Positions 48,265 through 62,475 of a DNA stretch of 64,000 bases are shown here, piece after piece. Source of the stretch: Podarcis gaigeae. Lineage: Eukaryota. The notes beneath the pieces were generated by a model. It worked only from the letters and a program-made list of their open reading frames with translations. It had not been told where the DNA came from and searched no databases. Numbering within the stretch: position 1 is the stretch's first letter; every line of letters begins with the position of its first letter. Both the position numbers and the translations under genes were made by a program. Where the stretch lies: assembly GCA_964106915.2 (NCBI GenBank), contig OZ066917.1, one strand, 5' to 3'.

Positions 48265-51200
48265 CTTTTTGTAGTTTGGTGGAAGTATCTCTGACTGGTC
48301 TCTGTGGGGAACAGGATGCTGATTTGGTTCAGAAGGCTCTTTCAATGTTCTTATTAAAGCTAATAATATTTGTATATACTAAGTCCGCTATAAAGCTTTC
48401 CTGTAAAGGCCCAAGAGATGAATGGGAGCAGAACAAGGAGAATTTGCTTTTACATTACACCCCTTCATGTCAGCTTGAGTTGTGCAGGGAAACAACTTGG
48501 CGGATTGTGCCCTGCAAAGGTTTCCTTCATGGGAAAGGGCTGGCATTGCCTAGAATCAGCCTACATCCTACATATTGCCTCTGTATGCACTTACACATAC
48601 GTCTTTCTTTATTCTGTGCTGTTAAGAGCCAGCTATACATACCAACATTATGGCTTTTATTTTTAGCATCCGGTATCATAGATCTGCATGGAGTTGCCAA
48701 GATTTTTGCAAGACAAGCAAGTGGCCCTGGAGAGCAAATGATCTAAAGTTTCAAAGCAATGACAGCAGTATTTATGGAACATACTGAATAATTTTATACC
48801 TTCAGCTTTTGGGGACTTTTATAAAGAAATTAATAATTAAACAAGCCATTGTGACTTTAAAATGCACCACTCTTTAGAGGGAAAAGAAAACTGAACGTGA
48901 TTTATCACAGGGGAGATATGTTAACGGCGCGTTTTCAGCTTTTGTACGATGAAAATGGTGGAATGCATTCTAGTGAACTGTGGGTGTCTAATAGGCCCTT
49001 CAGTTTAAGCACTAGTTTGAATTTCTTTTAATTCAGTAATACAATGACAAGGTAATGGAATTTATAGAATTTCAAAACATTCTTCATCCTGCAATTAGAA
49101 ATGACTTTCTGTTTGGAAGGTATTTGGGGATATTGGAAAATCATTGTGATATGTGGAAATATCTGAGGAAAAAGTGGAAAAGCTGTAAAATGGGTGTATG
49201 AGTTTTGAATGAAGGCTTTTCTACAATTTGTACATACTGACTGAACCCATGAATATTTGGATGTGGGCGGATAGGCAGGAAATGTCCCTCACTGAGAGAG
49301 TAATTCACCTTCCCATATTGCATGGATTTAACAACATAGATCAACTTCCCCAACTTGGTGCCCTCCAGATGTTTCAGGCTGCAACTCTCATCATCCCTGC
49401 CCATTATTTTTGGTGGCTGGGGCTCATAGGAATGGAAGTTTTTCAATTTTACACTTCTCCAAATTTCACAACACAGTTCTTGGCTCAAAACAAACTACAA
49501 AATGTGTATTTTGGGACATCTGTACTTTGAGATATTTATTTAAATATGAACACACACAAATTAATGCAAAAATTGGATGGAAAAGATTTATGAATTAACA
49601 AAGACTAGAAATTGATTGCTCTGCCCACCCATAGGCTAGATGTCAGCTTCTCCTGACACATAATATCTGCATGCTTTACTGGTTATCTGAAAAACAGAGC
49701 TTAAATTATGAGATCTCTCCTATATCAAAGGAGAGGCCAGAAAATGTAATGCGCAGTTCTGATGAAAATTACACTAAGAAGAATAAAGCTACCTAATATT
49801 AGACCATTCTTTTGTGGCTTTGAAAATACCTAGCAATGACAGAGTTAATCTCACCTCAGCATGTCCCCCCCCCCCCCATGATAAACAGAAAACATGAACA
49901 AAAATTAAGTTATTAAACTGCTTATGCCTTTGAGCAAAAATGAAGCTCTGAACATCTAGCCCCAAACCTGCCTGTTCTGCTAACTCGTTCCACTGATTGT
50001 GGCAGACAGAATATATTGCTTCTAGTGATCTCAACAACATTGAAAGATTTCGGTAGCACTGAAAACACTCTCACTCTGCGTTGTGCAGATAAATAATTGA
50101 CACACCATTCACTTGAATATTTGGTGGGCTTGAAAAAATAAAATAAAATGTAATTAGCTCTTATCTGCACCATGATTCCCAACACAGCATAATGAAATGT
50201 AAGAATTTAGAAAGAATGGATATTTTCACATACACATAAACAAGCTATACCACTTGTACTTGAGTTGGTTTTTCAGCTCTGTTATTGCTTAAGCATGTGC
50301 TTCATTGCTTACCCACAGCTGTACAGGCACAACCAATTTGCAATAAATAGGGAGCCATTCAAGAAATGTATGACTCTGGAAAGTGGTTTTTAAGCTACCC
50401 ATTCATAAATTACAAGACAGGGGAAATCGCCCAAATAAATACTGGCAGCATTGGATTTAATTAACCAACAGTGTTTAGTTCCCATGTTTCTCCAGTTCTT
50501 GTAAGCAGGGATACTTCAAAGCTGAATTGGGATCATTCCACTTGAAAATAATATGATTACCCACTATTCAAAACCAGCTTGTGCCTCTTGTGTGTTCAGG
50601 CAAAATCTGTGCTGCCATAATCTTGCCCTAGTTGCAACAGCCTTTCAGCATGCCCACGAAGACACTACCAGAGTCTTATTGTCAAACCTCCAGGTGGGCT
50701 TCCTAAGAGTCAGCTGTTTTCTTGAATCAAATATTTGTGGACACTCTCTTGGGTTGGCAATCAGCACTGAGGAAGGCACACGTCTTCTTCAGATGTTACG
50801 CCCCTCCTGTGATGAGGGAGAGAGTGGCGAAATTTCCCTCTGTTGCATTACTGTCACTTTCTTTGCTGCCCTCCCCCAGTTGGAGAACAAATGTCTGCAG
50901 CAAGAATCTGTTGCACTTGTGTAATTTCCCTGTGTGACTTAGAACCTGATCTTCCAGGGTTCTAAACTGGGTTATGAGTAAAGAAGGATTCTCACTTGCA
51001 GGTGTGACTCTCCTACATGTGGTGAGCTTGACCTGGTCAGTGGCAGGGGAGAGTCAGAGGAGGTGGGGTGAAGAAGTACAACCCACTCTTCTCAAATTGC
51101 ATTGCATTTGGGAGGGAATGTCTGAAGAGGGCTATAGACCATCCAATCCTATGGACACTCTTAGGAGGCACAGAGCAAACACTTAGCTATAGTGTTTAAG

Positions 51201-51640
51201 GGGAAGTAGGACAGAGACATCTCCACCTGCTATGTATAGAAAAGTTGTATTGCTGTTCTTGGATGCCTATCTTTTATGTATGGTAGTAAAATGTTGCATC
51301 TTGGATTTACCAACTGGAACAACCTATCACTGGCACTGTGTAGGAAAGGAGCTGCAGCAGAGAAGGTTTCCTCCATTGCTACCCTGACGTAGCTTGATTA
51401 AAAGGTTCTTTGCTTCAGTTGGTCAGTTTTGATCAATTGAACACTGGCTATACTCTATTAATCTACTCTGCCCTTTCCAGCCTCAAGTTCTCTGTAAATA
51501 AAGGGGAACTCGTACCAATCAAGTGACAGAGAAGGATGTTTGGAAGCAGTCTCAGTTTTGAAGTTGGCCTGGTATCTTCTAGTTGAGCTTTGCTATCCAC
51601 AAAGCAGTTGTTAGATTTCCCCCAGATCTTTCTACAATCC

Positions 51641-52270
51641 TATTATTATTATTATTATTATTATTATTGATACTGCTCTATACCTGCAGGTCTCAGAGCA
51701 GTTCACAGGATAAAATCAGAATATAGAAGAAGAGTTTGGATTTGATATCCCGCTTTATCACTACCCGAAGGAGTCTCAAAGTGGCTAACATTCTCCTTTC
51801 CCTTCCTCCCCCACAACAAACACTCTGTGAGGTGAGTGGGGCTGAGAGACTTCAGAGAAGTGTGACTGGCCCAAGGTCACCCAGCAGCTGCATGTGGAGG
51901 AGCAGGGACGCGAATCCGGTTCACCAGATTACGAGTCCACTGCTCTTAACCACTATAAAACCACAAAGTACATAATCAAAATAAAACAACAACCAATAAC
52001 CCCCTCCCCCCCACATTTTAAAAGGGCATAGGATGTCAATCAAATCAACTAAAGGCCTGGTTAAAGAGGAATATTTTTGCCTGACGCCTAAAGATGCATA
52101 ATGAAGGCACCAGGCAAACTTCCCTGGGAAGAGAATTCCCCAGATGGGGAGCCACTGCAGAAAAGGCCTGTTCTTGTGTTGCCAGCCTCCAGACCTTTTG
52201 TGGTGGAGGCACACAAAGGAGGGCCTCAGAAGATGATCTCAGGGTCTGGGTAGGTTCATACAGAAAGAGG
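51641..52270 (-). mobile_element. L2-clade LINE 3' end with a nested SINE
   Basis: Remnant YEPTQTLRSSSEALL...QAFSAVAPHLGNSLP and a (TAA)n tail at 51641-51668. Confidence 0.85.
51726..51957 (-). mobile_element. tRNA/CORE SINE (Squam2-like)
   Basis: Minus strand reads TAGTGGTTAAGAGCAGTGGACTCGTAATCTGGTGAACCGGATTCG (A and B boxes), then GGGTGACCTTGGGCCAGTCAC core, then a (CTT)n tail. Confidence 0.85.
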
Positions 52271-55200
52271 TGACTATTCCGTGTGATTGTAGGAAGAGAA
52301 CATCTTAATAGTTTGGTCAGCCTATTTGTGTAACAGTAACCATTTGTACTGATGACACGGTACACAGGATGAACTCATGGGGAGAGGTCAGAATCATACT
52401 TGTAAAAGTGTCCCCAATTTTCAGCTGTTCATCTAGATTTTTGTACCAAACCCACACACGACAAGGAGTGTCAGGTCCATGATATAAGTGAAAGGTATAA
52501 GATGAAGATCAGGTGACACCCACACACATTGGTAAGAGCTCATCTATCTGAGGGGGTAACCTGGCCCAATCAGTACATACAGAGGCAATGTTTGTGAGGC
52601 CAATCTGTGCCTGCAACACCCCACTGCAGTTCACATATTATTTCCCATTCATTATTTTCTATGCCGCTCAGGTCATCCAGATAAGTGAATTGGTATACAT
52701 TTATCTGCTGTGCTGTGTTCAGTTTTAACACAGCAGTTGTCTATTTCTCTCATGTACTAGCAAGCAATCATATTAGTGAGCATTCCAGGAAATTCTTTTT
52801 GAAGTTCACACTCTAAATCTGGTTTTGCTAAAAACTTGGGGGCTACTGGGGAAAAAATGTGTTCTGTTCTGCAAAGTGCATATCAGTGATTTAGTCCAAT
52901 CTAAATGGACACTCAGTTTCTTTCACTGAACTTCAAACCCATTCCCTCGCTGTCGAGAAATAAAGAAAATGCATGCACAGCCAACCTCCTGATTAAAGCA
53001 ATTGTGATAATCAATGTGATTAGTGTCCTCCTTGCTTTGACCTGTATTTTTATTAAGCGTTTAGAAGCATGCATCTACTGCAAAATCATGGATGTTCTCT
53101 ATTCTCTTTGCCTCGAAATCACATAGATGGAACAGTTTAGTTTGTTCCATCAATCAATATGAGTTTTACTGAATTGCTTTATTCTTGGCATAGCCTTGAG
53201 AACATCAAACACAGCAGAATCAGATTGAGGGTGGTGGTGGTGTCTATGCAAAGGCATAGTCATTACTACACATCGTGGAAGCAAATTCAATAAGAAACAC
53301 TTGCTTTTGTCTATCTCTGAATCTTTCAACATTCAGCAACATAGGGTGGCCTTGGATTCTAGTGTCTGGTGAGTTCTTGACGTGGAGCTGTAAATTCATT
53401 GTTGCACTGAAATCCTTGATTGACCTCAGCTTTTAAGAGGCAGTGAAGTCTTTAAATGCTCTTTACATGGGCATAGAACAGGCAGCACTATTCTAGACAC
53501 CCTAGCACATACAGTTAATATTTCTACAATGTTTTTTGTTTTTTAAAAGAGCCTGAATAATGAATTTGTACTTGTAGTTTACCTCAGAAGTGTCATAATG
53601 TATATATTAGTGTCACATTTATAGAAACACAGAAATTCATTAGACATGTGAAGAAGAGAAAAATGAAGCATTTTATATGGAGCAGGATGGAGTGTAAATT
53701 GTTGGCTTTTTGTGACCTGTCTCTCTGCCAAGATGCAGTCTAGACATTAGAGAATAGCAAAAAAATATTTGGATAAGCACAGTAATGTAAAATATACTGT
53801 CAAACTTTTAAACTTACTTTTTTTGTAATAGAGCTGAATGTTTACACTGCTGAGCTGAGTTGAAATATGTGCCGGCCTCTCAGGTGCTGCAGTAACTTAA
53901 TAAAGGTTCAGCTCTGCAAAAACAACAACCCCTAATAGGATTATCAGGGCTGATCCAAGGCCACTCATGAACCAAAACCTAAAATGTCAGCAATTTGTGC
54001 CTCTTGACAAGTTTTGGTTAAAGTGATGGCACTCTACAAGCATTCATTGTGTGATGAGATCAAGCATAATGAAAAAGGTTGTAAGACCATGCAGTTAACT
54101 CCAGCCCTAAGCTGCATGGCTCCACATACCCTTGTTGCCACTGTATTGGGCATAACTTCTGAAACAGGGAGAATGTTGTACATATGGAGGTTCACTGAAT
54201 GTTGTTTGAGAACTGTATTTACCCTATATTATACATGGAGACTCCATGTATAGAGCTATCTTCATAAATTATGTCCAATGCAGCGTGCCCAATGGCAGGG
54301 GTGGGAGGAGCCCTATAACTTTGAAGGTTAGGGCTAAATACTAAATTAAGCCTAAAAACTAAACCTTGTCTCCATCTCCAGCCAAAATCATAGTAAAAGC
54401 CATCCTCTGTGTGGCATTTAGCATCAGGGACAACCCCACCCCAAGCTAATTGCCATACCAGGGGGAATTAACCTTGGCTTACCCTTTCCAATACATACTG
54501 TACATACACACACTGCACATGGAACTTTATTTCTAAAATCCAATGATGTGATTGCTAATGTAGAAACATCCTTACAGTGCATTTTAAATCTCAGCTGTTT
54601 ATTCACAAGTGTACAGCTAGAGGAGATGGAACATGACCAAATATGCAGGCTTTATTGGTCCCAAATCAACATCTCTCAGGTATAACAATATTCTGTAAAG
54701 CAACTTGAAATGAGAATCCACCAGGCATCAAGCACCATTAATCAAAAGAGCATCACTGCCCATCATTATATGCCAGGCTTAATCAAGGGAGAGATCCCTT
54801 TGCATAAAGAAAGGACTTCATGACCTATTCAACCTGCTCCTAACTGTTCTTTAAAAACCAGCACATTGTTGACTTAGCCTATTGCATTAGAGTAAACCAT
54901 AAACTTCTTTTGAACCTTTTATTGGCAGCCCATTCCTCATGACCTAAAATGTCTGCTAAATCACTGTGGATTACTGCTGTTATCAGTGCAATACCTGTAC
55001 TTTGAGAACATGTTGTCTGGCATCCTGTAGCTAATCTGAAAGTAGAGAAAGTAAAATACTTCCTCAAAGATACACAAAAGGAATTTTGGATGAGTATGTT
55101 ACTACTGTAAACAAGAAGATTATTGAATTCCTTTTGACTTTACTTTTCACCTGCCATGACTCTCCTTCAGCCTGAGAAGTGTTCAAGTATTTGGATCATG

Positions 55201-58200
55201 AGTTGATGGAGTTAAAAACTATATATAGAAAAGTATTCATTTCCATGGAACTGCTGTTAACACTTTGGAAAGTTGGCAGTTCTTAGGAGGCAATGAGGTT
55301 TATTTAACTAAGCCTGACACTAATAGTCAGAAATCTCTGAGTTATAATCCCCTAAATTTGGGTGAAATCACTTTGGTCTCAGTTTTGGTCCCGAAAAATG
55401 CATAAGGCATACTGCAGTTTAGCAGTATCAACCTTTTTATTTCACCATTAAGCCTTTCATCTGTGGGCGGTCCTATTATTAGGCACAGTGAGGCAGCCGC
55501 CTCAGGCAGCAGCTCCTGGGTGTTATGAAAAGATGGTGAATGGTTACTTGTTTAATATATTATTGCTGTATTTTTATTACTAGGGAGGCGTGCTTGTGGG
55601 AGTTCATGTCTCAGACGCTAGAATAACTTATCTGACCTTGGATTATTTGCACCTTGACAGGGGGTGGAGTGGGGCACCTTAGGCAGCAAAACGTCTCAGT
55701 AGGACCCTGAATCAACCAGGTATTTATGCGGTAATGGATTATTCCATGACAAAATTAAAAAAAATTGTCAGTAAAGTTTTAACCAGCCTTCCAATCAATT
55801 ATGTGCTTGCCTTCAACACTCAGATCTAATCCTTTAAAAAAGTTTTATCTCATGGAGAAATGCACTCTTACAGATTTCCTCCACACTGAATAATTACAAC
55901 CGAGGAGCCACACAGGGAATCTCTTCCTTGACAAATCCTCATGATCCAACGGCAAAATAAGCTTAACCCTCTTCATAAGCATAAGTCTTGGGAAGAGTGA
56001 ATGAACTCAGCAGGGGGAAAGGCAAATGGTGGCACAAAGCAGGTCCTGTTCAGCATAAGGAAAGGTGGGGAAGTGCTGTAAATAAGCAAGGAGCATTTGT
56101 TCAGCAGTGGCACCGCTGACAGAGGAGCAGTAAATAAAGAAGGGGAAATATGCACTCCGAGGTAGCAAGCCCTGTCTCACATATGAAACCTTACCAGACA
56201 GAAATCTATACATTTCCCATCAGCACACACAAGCATCTTTACTAATGACATTCAGATGCATTTGATGCAATGCATAATGGGTTGGTTTAATGAGTGGGCA
56301 CCCACCTGATACCTTAAAAGTGGACCCCTCTGTATGTTGTGAACTACAATGACGGCTCCTATATCTATGGTGAAGCAACCTGTGGAAAGTAAGGCGGCAC
56401 ACAGAGTAACAAACAATTGTCAGCAGCTGGAGAGCATAATTCCTGAAGCTGCATGTTTGTGAGGAAGTGAGAGGGAAGAGGGAGTGTTTTGTGTTGCCAG
56501 TGTTCAAGTCTTATGTCGCAGAGCACATGCCCCCTTCTTACTTAGGGGATTCCAGTGGAGCACTGTGTGGAGTAGCTGTTTGTTTTCCTCCAAATACCTG
56601 GGCTTTACCTTACACATTTGAAGGTGCTCATGATTTTGGCCACTCTGAGCCCGGCCTCGGCCAGGGAGGGCGGGATACAAATAAATTTATCACTATTATT
56701 ATTATTATTATTCGGCAGTGGCAATGGCTCGTACGCCTGACCTTTGCCAACAGAGAGATTTTCTGCAACTGGGATAACTGAGAGTAGGAGATACTTCACT
56801 GTTGATGGGAAGAATGAAACACAACTCACAGAAGACACAGTATTGACACAGAACAAAGAATGTATGGAGGAGACTGAGATATAGGGAACAGTCATGCCAG
56901 CTGCACAATACAACATGGGTTTCCCAACCTTGCATACCTGTGCTTTGTCTTGGCAGCCTCTGATATAGAAGTGGAGTGAGTAGAGTTTGGTGATGGGTGT
57001 TTTGTGTCTGTAGCTCTAAGAACGGTTCTCTGTTTCAGGAGGCAAAGCGCTTTCCTCTCTTAATTCCCACCACTAAAGGGGTGTGTGTGTGTGTGTCTGT
57101 GTGTGTGTGTGCGTTCGTGCATGCGTGCATGCACAACATGGGGCCATAGCTCCAATGACCCATAGTTCTTTATCAGAGTTATGGTTTCCTTGTGTGTGAT
57201 TTATATACTGGTGTTAGTATGTTGTGATTGCATGCTGAGTTGTACCATAGCCTAATTTCAATAGTGCTGATGTGGGGTTCAGTACAGGGTGTGATCCAAT
57301 ACAGGGGAAGCTTTTTAAACAAAACAAAACACAAAATGAAACCCTCCAACAGAAGTCAGTTGGCAGCCCAAATGGAGTGATGGAAACATGCACAGGATTT
57401 CCTAAGCTGACTTTGTGCTGGAGAGAGGTCAGGACCCTGGACAAGAGCAAGGGTGCAGGTTTAGAGCTCAAGAGCAAGCATTTCAGGACCATGGGCAACA
57501 ATCTTGTAGCTGTGATCAGGAAGAAAAAAGTCACTGGCATGTTGCAAACCCCAGTTTATAGCCTGGCCTGGAGGATCTAGAATGGGAGCTGCATTCTTTT
57601 GGAGAAGGGGACACTATCCTTTAGTGCAGCTGTCAACTCCTTCTAGGTAGCGGGTTTTGGGCTGTGGAAACTAGGTTTGCAGGAGTTATGTAGGACTTTT
57701 TTGGATCCACAGGTGCGTCAGTCTGTTCCTCAGAGTCATTTGTAAAGGTACATCCTCATAGTTTGTGGGGCTAGGTACAGAATATAATGCTAGCGGGTTT
57801 ACTTTAGACAGGGTAGGGAGTGAGCCTGTTTCTTCTTCAGAGCTACTGATGCTTAGGGACTGTGAATTTGAGAACACAGGGCCATGACATGTTTAGGGCT
57901 GGAGGAAACTTTGTCATTGATTGTGTGTGACCATGGACAGCAGTGGAAGAGGATATGACATCAGTGTGCTCCTCACCCTGCTGACATATCTTCACTGATG
58001 GAACAGCTTTGCTGGTATAGTATTCTGCTGGGAAATATGGGGTTCTACTAGCATATCTGTCATGGCTGTTTTTATATATGTATATAGCTTTAATTCTATA
58101 AATGTTTAATTTTTATAATTGATCGTCCTGTGTTTTTAATGGTCCTTATTTTTATCTATATGTCTCCCGTGTCCTGACAGGGAGAATGGTGGAGTACAAC

Positions 58201-58244
<44 letters not shown>

Positions 58245-59766
58245 AAGTGTAGTAAGACCTCTGCCAGATTCTAAAGACTCTTCAGCCAGGCTATCTCAAC
58301 TATAGGATTGCATTTCTGGAGTCTTTTTGGTTTCTGATGGGAAAGGCACCATTGGACTCAGAATATATAATATAAATAACTTATGAGATAAAGATTCATC
58401 ATTTCTGCACTAAAAATGAAGAAGAAAATCAATAATATCATTTGACTTTAACCTGAAACAATGCAATTTTCTTTTCTTTATAAAAAATAAATAATGTGAT
58501 ACTTTCTTTTAAGAGGAGGATGACAGGAAAGCAAATAACGCCAGAATGTCATTAGTGTGTCCGATCCTCAATGAATTCCCTCAATAAGAGCAAAGTGCAA
58601 CTTTATGCAGAGTAAAGGGTAAACTGATGCAGAGAATCTATCCTTCATAGCATTTCCTCCTATATTCAGAATATCCTCCTAATGTCTGTTTATACTTAAC
58701 AAGCCCTGACCACGTAGTGGAGATGGATATGATATTCTTTTCCCCTTGTTGCAAATTATTTTAATTGCCTGTGCAAAGGGTAATTGCCCCAATCAGCAGA
58801 GGTTGGCGGATCATCCGAGAACATTTATTTTGCAATTTATCTATTTTAAAGTATGTATTTTGGATACTCTCACTACATGCAAAGAGTGCCTTTGAGTATT
58901 TTCTTGGAGTCCTTTTGACCTCAAGGTTCAAGAATTAATAAATTCTTTTTGGCAATCAAAGCCAAACTGAATGTTAATGTAACATTTTGACTGATGTCTT
59001 TCATGAAAACAAGATGTTTGTAAGTGTAGTATGGCTCTGTTTTTTAATACAATGAGAAAGTATAATATACTGAATAAATGTTGAAAGTACTTGGCCTCAT
59101 GCAGTGTATTTGATGTTAAAACATGCCTACTGGCAAGCTCTGAAATGGTCGCTTCCTTTTTCATTTCTGGGGTAGAATTTGCACCTTTGCTACAATAATT
59201 CCACTTTGCACCCCCCCATCATTATTCTGATAAAGGAACAATAAAGAAATATATGCAGGAGATGCTGTTTCAACAGCAGCAAGTTATGTTACATTCATGA
59301 AATTTGAACTTTTGTTGGGAAAACTATGTAGTTGAATTCGGGGGGGGGGGTTTCCCCCATTTGTGACTTACAAAATGCAGTAAAAAGCAAGGACGCAACA
59401 AATATCTCTCGTTCAGCTCCAACAGGTCACAGGGTAGGCTGAATAGATATAGTTTGCAGCAATTTGTTTCTGCCTCTTTGACGACAGAAACATGTTTGAA
59501 TTTGCTTGTGGTCAAGAGTACATGTGAGCTGTGTTTCCCCTGCTACTTGGAAATTGGGCTTTATGGAAATTTCATTTCTAGAAGAGAATACAAATCAGTT
59601 ATGATGTGGTTGGAAGAGTTCCTTTTTGGGACAGTTTTCAAAAGAAGGGTGGTTGCTGAAATGAAAGCAAATAACTGCCAGAGAAGGTCAACTTAAAGAA
59701 GGAGGGAATGGGAACCTGTAGCATCCAGATGTCTCACTCAACCTGATGGGGGTTGGAGTCCAACAT

Positions 59767-60585
59767 ATATTTTTTATTAGCTTTATTAACATCTCTTACA
59801 TCGTATGACATTTCATATACCATATCTCGTATAACATATACATATACATGTGTATTGTACATCTTCTTGAGTAAACGTATATATAATCCGTGTAAGCAAA
59901 AACCATACACAAGTAATATTTACTTGTTTACTTACATAACTTAGACTGATTCATATTTTTACTATCTTTTGTTGTCTTATCTATTTATTAACACGAATTA
60001 AAGAAAAAAACAAGAACAAAAAAGAAAGAAAAAGAAAAAGGTGTAGTTGGACTTCCTATCATTTCCCAGTGTATAGTCTTATTCTAGTAATGAATGCACC
60101 TATCGTTATTGGGTTATTCTTTATATTCCTTCTAATACATTCTTACAACAGTTAGTACCTTTTGACTTATTTCTCATATGTTTCATTACATAAGGGTCAA
60201 TTAAATGCTGCCATATACGTTATACCACTGTTATAATTTCATAAATATTTCTTATATTTATCCCATTTTTGTATGAATATTTGTCTTGTGTTGCCTCTCA
60301 AGCTACTTGTCAGTTGCACCATTCTATATAATCCTGTAATTTATTTTGCCAATCCAATATGGTAGGAACATTTTCCCCTTTCCAGTTCATTGCTATCAAT
60401 GTTTGAGCTGTAGCTGTGGCATATAGAAAAAATTCTTGCAGATTTTTCAGAATATCGTTGCTGAGAATGCTTAGCAGAAAAGCCTCAGGCTTTTTTTTAG
60501 AAAGGTTAACCCAAAGATTTTTTTCATCACAAACAAGACACCAACATTCTCTGATCTTTCTACATGTCCACTACATATGATACAT
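59767..60585 (-). mobile_element. L1-clade LINE 5'-truncated 3' end
   Basis: Minus-strand remnants MYHM*WTC and KPEAFLLSIL..FFLYATATAQTLIAMNWKGENVPTILDWQNKL, an AT-rich 3' UTR, and 15-bp TSD GTTGGAGTCCAACAT at 59752-59766 and 60586-60600. Confidence 0.88.
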
Positions 60586-60653
60586 GTTGGAGTCCAACAT
60601 TTGGAGGACCACAAATTCCCCATCACACTGTTTCAAGAAGTGTGAATTAGGTA

Positions 60654-61007
60654 AGGTAAAGGTAAAGGGGCCCTTGACCATTAGGTCCAGTCGTGACCGA
60701 CTCTGGGGTTGAGGCGCTCATCTCGCTTTATTGGCTGAGGGAACCGGTGTGGAGCTTCCGGGTCATGTGGCCAGCATGACTAAGCTGCTTCTAGCGAACC
60801 AGAGCAGCACACAGAAATGCCATTTACCTTCCCGCCAGAGTGGTACCTATTTATCTACTTGCACTTTGACATGCTTTCAAACTGCTAGGTTGGCAGAAGC
60901 AGGGACTGAGCAATGGGAGCTCACCCTGTCACGGGGATTCAAACCGCCGACCATCTGATCAGCAAGTCCTAGGCTCTGTGGTTTAACCCACAGCGCCACC
61001 CACGTCC
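60654..61007 (-). mobile_element. Sauria SINE, full length
   Basis: 13-bp TSD TGTGAATTAGGTA at 60641-60653 and 61008-61020. Confidence 0.95.
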
Positions 61008-61159
61008 TGTGAATTAGGTAGGTTTGCATTAAAAAGTGAACAAAAACAAATTTCTTCCCTATCCCTACTTGTGTCCATGTACACACAGGGAGAGAGACAC
61101 CCAGCTAATAACTGCATTCCAACAACTCATTTCTGCTGGACTTTCCTTGACTTCTGCAA

Positions 61160-61490
61160 CAATTTGCATTCTCTCCCCCCCCCCCCAAATATCCCCATGA
61201 AAATTCAGCAGCATTTTGTGCAAATTTCTAATATATATGTATTTGCAAGCAACTTTCCTAAATATAATGCATTTTTCAATGTTCACTAGTATATGCATTT
61301 GAAAACACTTTCACCTAAAATAATGTATTTTTGTATACATTGTTTGGTGTATTTGTGGTGCATTAGCACAATTCAGAGAAGTGCAGATTATGGAGGACAG
61401 CTGTGTCTAGTCATGTATTGGTTTGAGAAGTATGCATTAGGTAGGTTCTAATTAAAATGCAAACAAAGTGGAATTTGTCTGCCATTCTTA
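61160..61490 (-). mobile_element. Unclassified repeat, same family as 29464-29865
   Basis: Reverse-complement similarity to the 29.5-kb copy. Confidence 0.6.
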
Positions 61491-62434
61491 GTGTAAGGAA
61501 ATGAGAGCTGGTGCATATGTTCACACTCGATTTTCTTTTCTTTTCTTTTTTAAAGCACGCCAAACTCTCCCTGAAAAGTAAAAAGAGAAATAAAGTTGAT
61601 TTATCAGGGATACAACTTTCAGAAGAGGTAGTCATTTTAGTCCGCTTCTGGAAAAACAACAAATAATTTTGGTGTGTCTTAAAAATGAACACATTTACTA
61701 AATTATCATGGACTAAAGTCCATTTTATAAGACATAAGTACTAGAAGACAGAGCCTGCCCTTATAAATTAGGACAGTTGGAATATATAAAGCAGCCATTT
61801 TGAAATTACTTGTCAAGGTGCTATAATGGAACTTTAATGGCTCCATGAAATGTTAACTTTCTGGGACATTTTTAAAAACCTGCTCTTTTTTCTTGATTCA
61901 GGACATAAAGTCTGCTTCTTAACCATTTCTAGAAAAAAATATAATATGCTCAGTAAATCAAACAACATTTGTGTAGATCACTAAGAACATTTGTGTACAT
62001 TTCTCTCACTTTGTTTCAGCTCTTGTTGCTACAGAAGTTTGTTCCAATTGAGAAAAAGGTGCTTGTTCAGATATTCCTGCTGTTGTCATGTATAAGTTTG
62101 CACACCTTGAGCTTCATTGTTGAATGCTTTATGCTATAACCATGCAAGGTGAGTCAGCCAGCAATTTTAATTTCCTTTGCAGTTTGTGGCTCTTGTTTCC
62201 TTCCTCATCACAACTATATTGGGTGCTATGTACAGTGCATTAGTTCCGTGCCCTTGTTTATCTAATTACTAGTTAAGACAATTGCATTGTTTTATAGAAG
62301 CTACAAATGGGATCGTCTTTAACGAGCATCCTGGTTGCGCATGGGCCCCTGAGACAACCCCTGCCAGGTCGAAGGTGCTGGGCGTGGCCCAGGCCTTGTC
62401 TGTATGGTCCCACAATCACACCAGGCCATTTGAG

Positions 62435-62475
62435 CCAATCACTGCAGGTGGCGTGATTGGTGGGGGCCTATAAAA
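62435..62475 (+). promoter_or_regulatory. Pol II core promoter (two CCAAT boxes plus TATA) within the LTR-like element
   Basis: AGCCAATC, GATTGG and CCTATAAAA lie within 41 bp. Confidence 0.6.

Noticed and set aside
48276-48746. 156-aa ORF, and other 100-140-aa ORFs at 30393, 33627 and 50553
   Set aside because: No recognisable domain, no convincing splice sites, and lengths compatible with chance or repeat overlap.
2969-61007. Minus-strand bias of Sauria SINEs (5 of 7 near-full-length copies) as proof of a plus-strand host gene
   Set aside because: The sample is too small to differ from chance.
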